A program made the translations under genes and the position numbers. This document shows, one piece after another, positions 1 to 8,697 of a stretch of DNA of 62,401 nt (positions are counted from its first letter, which is position 1; every line of letters begins with the position of its first letter). The notes beneath the pieces are model-generated. The model worked only from the letters and a program-made list of their open reading frames with translations. It searched no databases and was not told where the DNA came from. Source of the stretch: Acidimicrobiia bacterium. GTDB taxonomy: Bacteria; Actinomycetota; Acidimicrobiia; Spongiisociales; UBA11373. The stretch spans positions 1 to 62,401 of the forward strand of contig DATDRW010000087.1 of NCBI GenBank assembly GCA_035291545.1, read 5' to 3'.

Positions 1-195
1 ACCACTACGCCGACGACGGTGCCCACTACGCCGACGACGGTGCCCACTACGCCGACGACGGTGCCCACTACGCCGACGACGGTGCCCACCACGCCGACGA
101 CGACGGTGCCCACCACGCCGACGACGGTGCCCGCCACGCCGACGACGACGGTGCCCACCACGACGACGACGACGGTGGCTGCGACGACGACGAGC
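1..195 (+). repeat. In-frame 21/24-nt tandem repeat (unit gtgcccactacgccgacgacg) encoding PTTPTTV(T) units
   Basis: Near-identical units start at 19, 40, 61, 82, 106, 127 and 151. The period is a multiple of 3 and lies inside the open frame. Confidence 0.9.
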
Positions 196-642
196 ACGAC
201 CTCGACGACTCTCGCCACGATCACGGGCGTGCCGATCGAACCGGCTGCGCCCGGCGGCGTGGCGTCGCCGGACCCCGGTGCGGGCTCCGGACTCCTCAAT
301 TTCGACACGACCGGGATGGCCCCGTCGCTGGCTGGTGCGGTCATGATCGTGGGGAACGCGGGCGACACCCCCTTCGAACCTGCGGACATGCCGGATCAGC
401 CGACCAACGTCTCGGTGTCGATCAACCACCTCCTGGGACCGGTGGCGCCGCCGGCACTCGTCGATGCCGTGGCTTCCCCTCTGGTCGTCCTCGAGGCCCT
501 GGTGGCGGCGATGACCTCGAGCAGCCAGTCGCTGATCGTCCCCGGGATCGTGCTCCTCGTCAGCTTCGCGGTTTCCGGGCCGGCGGCCCCGCGAGCCCTG
601 AGAGGCCGGGGACCCCGCGCTCACTCCCGACGCCGCGGCTAG
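1..642 (+). CDS. Pro/Thr-rich repeat protein, C-terminal part (5' end lies outside the window); ends in a hydrophobic helix plus Arg-rich tail
   Basis: Frame 1 is open from nt 1 (TTTPTTV...), so the GTG at 19 in the ORF track is internal. PTTPTTV-type units are followed by a non-repetitive segment, then LIVPGIVLLVSFAVSG and RALRGRGPRAHSRRRG before TAG at 640-642. No catalytic motif recognised. Confidence 0.55.
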   Translation, partial: TTTPTTVPTTPTTVPTTPTTVPTTPTTVPTTPTTTVPTTPTTVPATPTTTVPTTTTTTVAATTTSTTSTTLATITGVPIEPAAPGGVASPDPGAGSGLLNFDTTGMAPSLAGAVMIVGNAGDTPFEPADMPDQPTNVSVSINHLLGPVAPPALVDAVASPLVVLEALVAAMTSSSQSLIVPGIVLLVSFAVSGPAAPRALRGRGPRAHSRRRG

Positions 643-785
643 GCAGTTTCCCTGTTCCTGGCAGGAAGTCGGGGTGCGAAGCCCGCAGAGTGAGCGCGAA
701 CCACGATCACGCCCTTGCCGGGATTGGGACGCCGGAGAGACACCTGCGGTGGATCGTTCCCTCGTTCGGGAGAGGGAGGAAGCCC

Positions 786-983
786 ATGAACGAGACCCTG
801 CAGGCCATCATCGCCGGTGTCACCGCGGGCGCCGCCGAGGGTGCGGCCGCGCTCAGACGCAGCGGCGTCGCCGTCGAACTCGATGCCTACACCGTGGAGG
901 CTCGGATCGACGGCGGTGGTGGTCCTCCGTCCGCCTCGATCCGCGTGGACTTCGTGGTGCCCGCCGGGAGGACGGGGCACTAG
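786..983 (+). CDS. Small hypothetical protein (65 aa)
   Basis: ATG at 786 is preceded by a strong Shine-Dalgarno-like GGGAGAGGGAGGAAG (about 770-781). Product MNETLQAIIAGVTAG...IRVDFVVPAGRTGH. No family recognised. The stop overlaps the convergent gene's stop (CTAG at 980-983). Confidence 0.35.
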   Translation: MNETLQAIIAGVTAGAAEGAAALRRSGVAVELDAYTVEARIDGGGGPPSASIRVDFVVPAGRTGH

Positions 984-2398
984 GCGTCGTGGGGGAGGCT
1001 GCCCCGATCGGCGCGTAAGTAGGCGTACGGCGTGGCGGCGAGGAAGTTCGACGCCCGCGAGGTGTACACGTCGGCATACCGCTCCACCTGGCGTGCGAAC
1101 AGGCTCTTGTCGTTGCCCGAACGCATGAGCGGACCCCAGGCCCGGTTGCGCAAGCTTCCGGATTCGATGGCGATCGGGGTGATCTCGGCGTCGACGGCGG
1201 CGATCGCCGTACGCAAACTATCGATGATCCGGTCCGCCGCGGTGGCGGTCAGCGACGCCTCGGCATATCCGGCATGGGCCCGCTGCCGGGCGAGGCGCGC
1301 AGATGCGAAGTCGCGCTCCAGGTCGGTCTTTTGTTCCATCAACGCCCGCAACCGCTCCTCTCGGGGCCGGAATGCCTCCATCGCCGCGATCTCGCTCTCC
1401 AGTTCGCGCAGGACCAGCGCGGTGCGCCACCGCAGCAGTGCCTTGCTCACCGACACGTCCGAGTAGAGGTGATCGCCCACATACAGGATCTCGTCGCCGG
1501 AAACGCCGAGATGATCTTCGAGTTGGGGAGCGGAACCGCCGACGTACACCGTGCCCCGGGCGAGCGGGCCCGAATGCGGTCGCATCATCCCCAGGCCCTC
1601 GTCGACGACGCGATACAGAGGTCGGCGTGCGGTGAAGAACTCCGGCTTGGCGGCAGAGACGATCACGGCGTCGAACAGGTCCCGCCAGGTCTGCTCGCCG
1701 GGGAGGTGCCGGTCGAATGCGTACCGCATCATCCGGTCGGTGTACTCCCACTCCGAGTTGGTGATCAGCAGGATCTGTTTGCCGGCGTGGCGTTGATCGA
1801 GCAAGGTCAGCGGCATCTCCGGGTCGGCGACCACGAAGCGTTTCGGATCGGCGACGATCTCCTCCTTGAGGCGACCCTCCATGTGCGCCGAGTCGAGGGT
1901 GGTGCGGACGATGTCGTAGAGCTCTGCGTATCCCCGGACGCCGGAGAGGACGCCGGCGTCGAAGCGATCGACGAGGGCCGCGTACAGCGCCGCCTCAGAC
2001 AGCGAGAACAGCGTGTTGAGGAACACCCACCTCGGATCGGCCAGGTCGACCGCGGTGCCCTGGTACTCGGTGCGGAGGCGGTCGAACTCGAGGAACTCGG
2101 TGCCGTGTGCCGCCCGGATCACGTACCCGAATCGGGTCGGTTTCACCAGGTTGCCGCGCTCGAGGTCGATGGTGAGGCCCCGGATCACCGACTCGGGATC
2201 GAAGACCAGGTCGCCGATCGGCCAGCCGCGAGCGACGAGCCGATCCCGGGCGTGCTGGAACGCCCGCCGTTCCCACTCGTCCACCCGGTAGTGGATGAGC
2301 GTGTAGTCCATGTCGTACCCGATGGCCCGGATCGAACGCAGGTTGAGGGTGCGGTTGCCGTAGATCCGTCGCTCGGCCGGGGGAGGCGCGGTTGCCAT
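980..2398 (-). CDS. HAD-superfamily 5'-nucleotidase (cytosolic purine 5'-nucleotidase / HAD-IG type)
   Basis: 472-aa ORF with the DMDYTL (DxDxT) nucleophile motif near the N-terminus, LLITNSEWEYT and YVGDHLYSD motifs. Overall layout is typical of the cN-II-like 5'-nucleotidase family. Confidence 0.85.
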   Translation of the reverse strand: MATAPPPAERRIYGNRTLNLRSIRAIGYDMDYTLIHYRVDEWERRAFQHARDRLVARGWPIGDLVFDPESVIRGLTIDLERGNLVKPTRFGYVIRAAHGTEFLEFDRLRTEYQGTAVDLADPRWVFLNTLFSLSEAALYAALVDRFDAGVLSGVRGYAELYDIVRTTLDSAHMEGRLKEEIVADPKRFVVADPEMPLTLLDQRHAGKQILLITNSEWEYTDRMMRYAFDRHLPGEQTWRDLFDAVIVSAAKPEFFTARRPLYRVVDEGLGMMRPHSGPLARGTVYVGGSAPQLEDHLGVSGDEILYVGDHLYSDVSVSKALLRWRTALVLRELESEIAAMEAFRPREERLRALMEQKTDLERDFASARLARQRAHAGYAEASLTATAADRIIDSLRTAIAAVDAEITPIAIESGSLRNRAWGPLMRSGNDKSLFARQVERYADVYTSRASNFLAATPYAYLRADRGSLPHDA

Positions 2399-2467
2399 TG
2401 ACCGGAATCTAGGCGCGAGGGCCGGTGACCCCCGCCGGCGGGGATCTCACGGAGGCCGGGAGTCGTC

Positions 2468-3472
2468 CTAACGCACCAGGAACGCCGGAAGCGGGTCGCC
2501 GTCCTCCACGGTGAATGTCGACTCGCCGGTGTAGTGGGACTCACCTCCCACCTCGACGATCACCGCCGGCCGGTGGCCGACGGTGGTTTCCTCCACCGCC
2601 TCTCCGGTGAAGATCGACCCCACCACACTGGCGAATCTCCGCTCCACCCCCATCGGGATGTTCCCGGCGGCACGCTGGATGGCGATGCGGGCGGTGACCC
2701 CGGAACCGGTCGGGGACCGGTCGACCTGGCGGTCCGCAAACACGCAGACGTTGGCCGTCGCCCTCTCCGACCATTTGTCGTCGCCGTCGGTGAGGATCGT
2801 CCCGTAGAGGAAGTTCAGATCGGGGTCGTCGGGATGCGACAGGGCGAGGGCGGCTGCCGCCGCCCCGGTCGTGGCCCACGCCGCCCGGACCAGATCCGCG
2901 ATCGGACTCCCCGGAACCTCCAACCCGTAGTCGGCGGCGTCGGCGAATGCATAGAAGGCTCCCCCGTAGGCGACGTCCACGGTGATCTCACCGAAGCCGG
3001 GGACCGCCACCGGAACCCGGGAGTGCTCGACGAACGCGGGCACGCTGCGAAAGCCGACCCGTCCGACGCGGCCTCCGGCGACTGCGGCCGACACCCGCAC
3101 CAGACCGGCCGGTACCTGGAGGGCCAGCGTGGTCACCGGCTCCCGCATCGGCACGATCCCGTGTTCGATCGCCCATCGGCCGACGGCGATCGTGGCGTGT
3201 CCGCACATCGTCGAGTACCCCTCGTTGTGCATGAACAGCACCGCGAGATCGGCCTCGGGATGATCGGGCGTGACCGGGATCACGCCGTACATGTCGGCAT
3301 GCCCGCGGGGCTCGAACATCAGCAACCGGCGCAGGTGATCGAGGTGTTCGGCGGCGTAGCGGCGCTTTGCCAGGATCGTCGGCCCGGGGATCTGGGGATA
3401 TCCCTCGACCACGATGCGAACCGGTTCCCCTCCGGTGTGCATGTCCACGGTGCGCAGAGGGGCGACCTTCAC
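2468..3472 (-). CDS. Proline racemase superfamily enzyme with a Cys/Thr catalytic pair (predicted trans-3-hydroxy-L-proline dehydratase type)
   Basis: Contains DMHTGGEP, STMCGHATIA (first catalytic Cys) and DRSPTGSGVTA (Thr where racemases/epimerases have the second Cys). Start is set at GTG 3472 (VKVAPLRTVDMHTGGEP); ATG 3442 is the alternative. The 594-aa track ORF is an upstream over-extension. Confidence 0.8.
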   Translation of the reverse strand: MKVAPLRTVDMHTGGEPVRIVVEGYPQIPGPTILAKRRYAAEHLDHLRRLLMFEPRGHADMYGVIPVTPDHPEADLAVLFMHNEGYSTMCGHATIAVGRWAIEHGIVPMREPVTTLALQVPAGLVRVSAAVAGGRVGRVGFRSVPAFVEHSRVPVAVPGFGEITVDVAYGGAFYAFADAADYGLEVPGSPIADLVRAAWATTGAAAAALALSHPDDPDLNFLYGTILTDGDDKWSERATANVCVFADRQVDRSPTGSGVTARIAIQRAAGNIPMGVERRFASVVGSIFTGEAVEETTVGHRPAVIVEVGGESHYTGESTFTVEDGDPLPAFLVR

Positions 3473-3559
3473 CGGGCAAGTGTACGAGGCAGCGCCGATC
3501 GGGTGCCGGGGACACGACCGGTGGAGAGAGCGGGAGCGGACGGGGCTAGCCTCGACGGC

Positions 3560-4459
3560 GTGCAGATCGCGGTCGTCGGCAGTCTCAACGTCGACACCAC
3601 CATGCGCGTGGAGCGCCACCCGGCACCCGGCGAGACGGTGCTCGCGGCCGGCCATTTCACCGACACCGGCGGCAAGGGCGCCAACCAGGCGGTCGCCGCC
3701 GCCCGCCTCGGCCACCGGGTGGCGATGATCGGGATGGTGGGAGACGATCCCACAGGCGACCTCCTGCGCCGCACCCTGTCCGACGAGGGGGTCGATGTCT
3801 CCGGAGTGGGGACCGCCGTCGGCATCGAATCCGGGATGGCGGTGATCACCGTCGACGCCTCCGGCGAGAACACGATCGTGGTCGACCCCGCCGCCAACGC
3901 CGCCGTCACGGCCTACCACGTCGCGCGGTTCGCCTCCGTGCTCCGGGGGGCGGCAGTCACCCTGGCGCAACTCGAGATCCCGATCGAAGCGGTTGCCGCC
4001 GCCGCCCGCCTGGCGGGGGGCCGGTTCGTGCTCAACCCGGCTCCGGCAGCCACGGTGCCCGCCGAGGTCATGGCCCGGGTTGCGGTCCTGGTGCCGAACC
4101 GAACCGAAGTGGCCCGGATCACCGGCGGCGAGCCGCCGAGGACGCCCGAGGAGGCGATGGCCGTCGCCGGGGAGATCGCCGGACCGGAGGCGGTCGTCGT
4201 CACCCTCGGCTCCGCCGGTGCGGTGATCGTCTCCGGGCGGTTCCGGCGGCACGTCCCGGCACCCGGGGTGACGGTGGTCGATCCCACCGCTGCGGGCGAC
4301 GCCTTCTGCGGCGGGCTCGCCGGGGCGCTCGCCGACGGGGCATCACTCGACGATGCGGTGCGCTGGGCGGTGCGGTGCGGTGCGGTGGCGACGACGCGCT
4401 GGGGGGCCCAGTCGTCGCTGCCGAGCCGGTCCGACGTCGAAGCACTGGAGGGATCGTGA
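3560..4459 (+). CDS. rbsK: Ribokinase (PfkB family)
   Basis: VQIAVVGSLNVD start, GGKGANQAVAAARLG, and DPTAAGDAFCGGL (PfkB signature 2). GTG 3560 is in frame with the track ORF 2534..4459; the upstream part of that ORF is antisense to the racemase-like gene. Confidence 0.85.
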   Translation: MQIAVVGSLNVDTTMRVERHPAPGETVLAAGHFTDTGGKGANQAVAAARLGHRVAMIGMVGDDPTGDLLRRTLSDEGVDVSGVGTAVGIESGMAVITVDASGENTIVVDPAANAAVTAYHVARFASVLRGAAVTLAQLEIPIEAVAAAARLAGGRFVLNPAPAATVPAEVMARVAVLVPNRTEVARITGGEPPRTPEEAMAVAGEIAGPEAVVVTLGSAGAVIVSGRFRRHVPAPGVTVVDPTAAGDAFCGGLAGALADGASLDDAVRWAVRCGAVATTRWGAQSSLPSRSDVEALEGS

Positions 4460-5394
4460 CCCGCAAGATCATCATCGACACCGATCCGGGGCAGGACGAC
4501 GCCGTCGCCCTCCTGCTCGCTCTGGCCTCCCCCGGGGAGCTGCACGTGTTGGCGATCACCACGGTGGCAGGCAACGTGCCCGTGCCGCTCACCACGGTCA
4601 ATGCGCTGAAGATGGTCGAGCTTGCCCGACGCACCGAGGTGCCCGTCTACGCGGGCTGCGACCGTCCGATGGTGCGTCCCCTGATCACCGCCGAGTACGT
4701 CCACGGAAGAACGGGACTCGACGGCGCAGATCTTCCCGAGCCGGTGACCGCCCCCGGCACCGGTCATGCCGTCGATCGGATCATCGACCTGGTGATGGAG
4801 CACGAGCCCGGCTCGATCACGATATGCCCCCTCGGGCCGCTGACCAATGTCGGCACCGCCATCACCCGGGCACCGGAGATCGTATCCCGCATCCGCGAGA
4901 TCGTGCTCATGGGCGGCGGTTTCTTTGAGGGAGGCAATACCACTGCCGCCGCCGAGTTCAACATCTTCGTGGATCCGCACGCTGCCGATGTGGTGTTCCG
5001 CTCCGGCGTCCCCATCACCGTGATGCCTCTCGACGTCACCCACAGGGCGCTCATCCTTCCCCGCCACCTGAAGCGATTTGCTGCGATGGGAACCCCGGTG
5101 GGCGGGGCGGTGCACGGGCTGCTCGCCTTCTACGAGCGTTACGACGTCGAGAAGTACGGCCTCGAGGGCGGACCGCTCCACGACCCCTGCGTGATCGCCT
5201 ACCTCCTCCACCCCGAGCTGTTCACCGGCAAACTGGTCAACGTCACCGTGGAGACCGGGTCGGAGCTCACCATGGGGATGACCGTCGCCGATTGGTGGGG
5301 GATGAGCAGCCGTCCCCGAAACGCACGGTGGATTCGGGGAGTCGATGCCGACGGGTTCTTCGACCTTCTCGTCGACCGGTTGTCCCGCCTCTAA
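4456..5394 (+). CDS. Nucleoside hydrolase (inosine/uridine-preferring family)
   Basis: IIIDTDPGQDDAVALLLA (DxDxxxDD motif), TICPLGPLTN, AEFNIFVDP. GTG 4456 overlaps the ribokinase stop (GTGA). Confidence 0.88.
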   Translation: MTRKIIIDTDPGQDDAVALLLALASPGELHVLAITTVAGNVPVPLTTVNALKMVELARRTEVPVYAGCDRPMVRPLITAEYVHGRTGLDGADLPEPVTAPGTGHAVDRIIDLVMEHEPGSITICPLGPLTNVGTAITRAPEIVSRIREIVLMGGGFFEGGNTTAAAEFNIFVDPHAADVVFRSGVPITVMPLDVTHRALILPRHLKRFAAMGTPVGGAVHGLLAFYERYDVEKYGLEGGPLHDPCVIAYLLHPELFTGKLVNVTVETGSELTMGMTVADWWGMSSRPRNARWIRGVDADGFFDLLVDRLSRL

Positions 5395-6530
5395 TCGGGG
5401 TCGGGAACGAGCGCGAGCAGGACCACCAGGGCCGCCAGCGCCGCCGCCGCCGATACCGTTGCAGTGGCCGGAATCCCGTTCCACGCATACAACGACGGAC
5501 CAACCGCATCGCCCGCGGCGCGTCCGATCCCGATGGCGACCATCAGCCAGGCCAGGAAGCGGCCACGCGCTCCAGGAGCCGCCTCCGTGGCGAGGGGGAC
5601 CGTGGCCACGATCGTGATCTCGAACGCGACGAACGTCAGGGCGAGCACGACGAGACCACCGGTGAGCGTTCCCGAGGCGAGGGCCAGACCGGCATATCCC
5701 ACCACCGACACCGCGAGGCCGATCGCCACCATCCGCCGCGGCCCGAGACGGTCGGCATAGAGCAGGACCGATCCCTCCCCGGCCAGTTCGGCCACCGCGA
5801 TCGCGGTGGAGGCGAGACCGAGGGCGGCGAGCGAGAGGGCGAACCCGTCCTCCATCCAGGCACCGAACACGACGAACGTCGTCTCGGCGGCGAACGTGAA
5901 CAGGAACCCGGCGGCGAGCAGCGCCAGCATGGCGCGGTCGGGCCGGAGCGGTACCGGGGTCGCATCGGCGCCGGTGTGGTCGGCCTCCAGGATCCGGGGG
6001 GCGGCGGCGGCGACGACGACCAGCAGTCCCGACAGCACCCAGAAGGGGGCGCGCCACCCGTATCCGGAAATCAGCCATCCGGTGAGCGGCGCACCCACCA
6101 GCATGCCTCCGGCCCAGGTGAGCTCGAGGATGGAGAGGTACCGGGCTCGCCGGTCGAAGGGTGTCCGATCGGCGACGTAGGCCTGGGCGGCGGCGTCGAA
6201 GCTCGGTTTCCCCAGTCCGAGCAGCACGAATCCGACCAGGGCGCCGGCCGCCACCCCGGTGGCCGCGGTCACCACCGCCCCGACCGCCATCAGCGACAGG
6301 CCGAACACGACGAGCCGGACCCGGCGCTCGCCGCGCCCGACGGTGCCCACCACGAGCGGGGTGCCGACGAAGGCGAGGGAGCGGGCGGAGAGCAGGAGGC
6401 CGGCCCGCTCCAACGAGATGCCCAGGCCGCGGGCGATGGCGGGGAGGAACGGGGACACGAAGCGATGCGTCGTGTTCACCAGCAAGCGGGTCCCGGTGAG
6501 GAAAGTGATCGCGCCGCGAAACGACCTCAC
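5391..6530 (-). CDS. MFS transporter
   Basis: Hydrophobic multi-helix protein with MFS-like loop motifs (AYVADRTPFDRRARY, LYADRLGPRR). GTG 6530 overlaps the stop of the upstream gene (GTGA). The Arg-rich N-terminal 88 aa of the track ORF are rejected. Confidence 0.8.
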   Translation of the reverse strand: MRSFRGAITFLTGTRLLVNTTHRFVSPFLPAIARGLGISLERAGLLLSARSLAFVGTPLVVGTVGRGERRVRLVVFGLSLMAVGAVVTAATGVAAGALVGFVLLGLGKPSFDAAAQAYVADRTPFDRRARYLSILELTWAGGMLVGAPLTGWLISGYGWRAPFWVLSGLLVVVAAAAPRILEADHTGADATPVPLRPDRAMLALLAAGFLFTFAAETTFVVFGAWMEDGFALSLAALGLASTAIAVAELAGEGSVLLYADRLGPRRMVAIGLAVSVVGYAGLALASGTLTGGLVVLALTFVAFEITIVATVPLATEAAPGARGRFLAWLMVAIGIGRAAGDAVGPSLYAWNGIPATATVSAAAALAALVVLLALVPDPD

Positions 6531-7003
6531 GAGGGTCCGCCGCCGAGCGCGGCGGGAACGATCATCCAGCGCAGGACGCCGCCCCCGGGCTCTGGCTCGC
6601 CCTCGATGCACGCCGCCGCCGCCGTCACCATGCCCACGGTGCCGCCTCCCACGATTGCCGAGATCGTTGCCGACCACACCGGCTCGTGCCCGAAGGCGAT
6701 CGTGGAATCGGTGCGCTGCTCGGCGAGCACCGCGAGGAGGTCGGCGACGCTTCCCCCGTAAAGGCGATCGTCGACGGTGATGGAGGCGTTCCATCCGGCC
6801 GCGGCCGCCACCCGTTCAGCGGTCTCCCGGGCCCGGCGCGCCGGCGATGAGACCAGGGCTCGGGGGTGGGGGACTGCCCCGGCGAGAAAGGCTCCGATGA
6901 GTGCGGCATCGCTCCGCCCGCGATCGGCGAGGGCCCGATCGAGATCGGCAACGCGGGGTGAACGCTCCGCCTTGGCATGCCGGACGAGGACGAAGGTGGG
7001 CAT
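6527..7003 (-). CDS. sixA: Histidine phosphatase family protein (SixA-like phosphohistidine phosphatase)
   Basis: VLVRHAKAE (RHA/G catalytic motif), SSPARRARETA and GHEP motifs; 158 aa, a typical SixA size. Confidence 0.75.
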   Translation of the reverse strand: MPTFVLVRHAKAERSPRVADLDRALADRGRSDAALIGAFLAGAVPHPRALVSSPARRARETAERVAAAAGWNASITVDDRLYGGSVADLLAVLAEQRTDSTIAFGHEPVWSATISAIVGGGTVGMVTAAAACIEGEPEPGGGVLRWMIVPAALGGGPS

Positions 7004-7020
7004 GGCGGGGGAGAGTAGGG

Positions 7021-7048
7021 ACCAGATACCAGATTCCAGACACCAGAT
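7021..7048. repeat. Heptanucleotide tandem array ACCAGAT x4 (third unit TCCAGAC) in a divergent promoter spacer
   Basis: Read directly: ACCAGAT ACCAGAT TCCAGAC ACCAGAT, preceded by GAGTAGGGA (7013-7021) and followed by GCCCGCTACCTT. It lies in the 66-nt spacer between the sixA-like start (7003) and the aminotransferase start (7070). Confidence 0.85.
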
Positions 7049-7069
7049 GCCCGCTACCTTGCGCCCGAC

Positions 7070-8257
7070 GTGACCTCACCCATCTCGCGCCGCATCGCCG
7101 CCATCTCCGACTCCGCGACGATGGCCATCACCGCCCGGGCGGCGGCGTTGCGGGCCGCCGGCCGCCCCGTCATCGGCTTCGGTGTCGGCGAACCGGACTT
7201 CCCCACCCCCGAGCACATCGTGGCCGCGGCGCAGCAAGCCGCCGCCGACCCGAGGGCACATCACTACTCGCCCGCCGCCGGGCTCCCCGAGTTGCGGGCG
7301 GCGGTGGCGGTCAAGACCCGGCGTGACTCGGGACTCGACTGCGGGCCGGAGAACGTGACGATCACGGTGGGAGCCAAGGGGGCGGTCTTCGGGACCTGTG
7401 CCGCGCTCCTCGACCCGGGCGACGAGGTGCTGGTGCCGACGCCCTACTGGGTCTCGTACCCGGAGATCGTCGCCCTCGCCGGCGCCGTGACCCGGCCGGT
7501 CCCCTCCACCATCGCCACCGGCTACAAGGTCTCGGTCGATGATCTCGAGGCGGCCCGCACCCCTCGCACCAAGATGCTCATCTTCGTCTCGCCGGGGAAC
7601 CCCACCGGTGCGGTGTACCGCCGCGACGAGGTCGCCGCGATCGGCCGCTGGGCCGCCCACCACGGCATCTGGGTGCTCACAGACGAGATCTACGAACACT
7701 TGGTATACGGGGATGCCGAGTTCTCCTCCCTGCCCGTCGAGGCCCCGGCGGCGCGCGAGCGCTGCGTCGTGGTCAACAGCGTGGCCAAGACCTACGCCAT
7801 GACGGGCTGGAGGGTCGGATGGCTGGTCGGGCCTCCCGCGGTTGCCGCTGCGGTGGGCCGCCTCCAGTCGCACTCCACGTCGAACGTGGCCAATGTCTCG
7901 CAACTCGCGGCGCTGGCTGCTCTCGAGGGTCCGATGGACCCGGTGTGGGCGATGCGGTCCGCATTCGACCGCCGCCGCAAGACCATGTACGGACTGTTGC
8001 AGGACATCCCCGGGGTCGAGGTGCGCGAACCCGAGGGCGCCATCTACGCCTTCCCGCGGGTCGCCCTGGGCCGGGCCCTGGGCGGAAGAACGCCGTCCAC
8101 GACCGTGGAACTCGCCGAGACACTCCTCGAGCTCGCCGAGATCGCCGTGGTCCCCGGCGAGGCCTTCGGTTCTCCCGGATCGCTCCGGCTCTCGTTCGCC
8201 CTGGGAGACGACGACCTCGTCACCGGTCTCGGCCGGTGGCGGGATCTCGCCGGCTAA
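7070..8257 (+). CDS. Class I PLP-dependent aminotransferase (aspartate aminotransferase-like)
   Basis: [18 protein letters not shown], and [15 protein letters not shown] (PLP-lysine motif); 395 aa; GTG start. Confidence 0.88.
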   Translation: MTSPISRRIAAISDSATMAITARAAALRAAGRPVIGFGVGEPDFPTPEHIVAAAQQAAADPRAHHYSPAAGLPELRAAVAVKTRRDSGLDCGPENVTITVGAKGAVFGTCAALLDPGDEVLVPTPYWVSYPEIVALAGAVTRPVPSTIATGYKVSVDDLEAARTPRTKMLIFVSPGNPTGAVYRRDEVAAIGRWAAHHGIWVLTDEIYEHLVYGDAEFSSLPVEAPAARERCVVVNSVAKTYAMTGWRVGWLVGPPAVAAAVGRLQSHSTSNVANVSQLAALAALEGPMDPVWAMRSAFDRRRKTMYGLLQDIPGVEVREPEGAIYAFPRVALGRALGGRTPSTTVELAETLLELAEIAVVPGEAFGSPGSLRLSFALGDDDLVTGLGRWRDLAG

Positions 8258-8688
8258 CCGGCGCCGCCGGACACGAGCACCTCGATCGCTCTCCGGTATC
8301 CGGCCACGCCCTCGCCGCTGATCGTCGCCCGGCACGCCGGCGCGACGACCGACTTCGCCCGCCACTCCTCGCGGGCTGAGATGTCGGAGATGTGGACCTC
8401 GACGGTGTCGATGGCAACGGCCTCGATGGCGTCGTGGATCGCGTACGAGTAGTGGGTGAGTGCTCCCGGGTTGATGATGATGCCGTCGAAGCGGCCGATG
8501 GCTTCGTGGAGGCGGTCGATGATGGCTCCCTCGTGGTTCGACTGGAAGACGGTCACCGTGCAGCCGAGCTCGGCGCCCCACTGCCGGCACAGCTCCTCGA
8601 GGTCGCCGAGCGTGGTTTGCCCGTAGACGTCCGGCCGGCGGGTGCCGAGCAGGTTGAGGTTGGGTCCGTTGACGACGAGCACTCGCAT
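8254..8688 (-). CDS. aroQ: Type II 3-dehydroquinate dehydratase
   Basis: [29 protein letters not shown] and EVHISD motifs; 144 aa. Confidence 0.93.
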   Translation of the reverse strand: MRVLVVNGPNLNLLGTRRPDVYGQTTLGDLEELCRQWGAELGCTVTVFQSNHEGAIIDRLHEAIGRFDGIIINPGALTHYSYAIHDAIEAVAIDTVEVHISDISAREEWRAKSVVAPACRATISGEGVAGYRRAIEVLVSGGAG

Positions 8689-8697
8689 GACCGCAGG

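Noticed and set aside
2430-2443. Palindrome CCCCGCCGGCGGGG downstream of the racemase-family gene as a terminator
   Set aside because: It is only 14 nt with no loop, so the effective stem is about 5 bp, and there is no U-tract. That is too weak to call.
3913-6078. 721-aa minus-strand ORF across ribokinase, nucleoside hydrolase and part of the MFS gene
   Set aside because: It is antisense to, or out of frame with, motif-supported genes. Composition is dominated by Arg, Gly and Pro.
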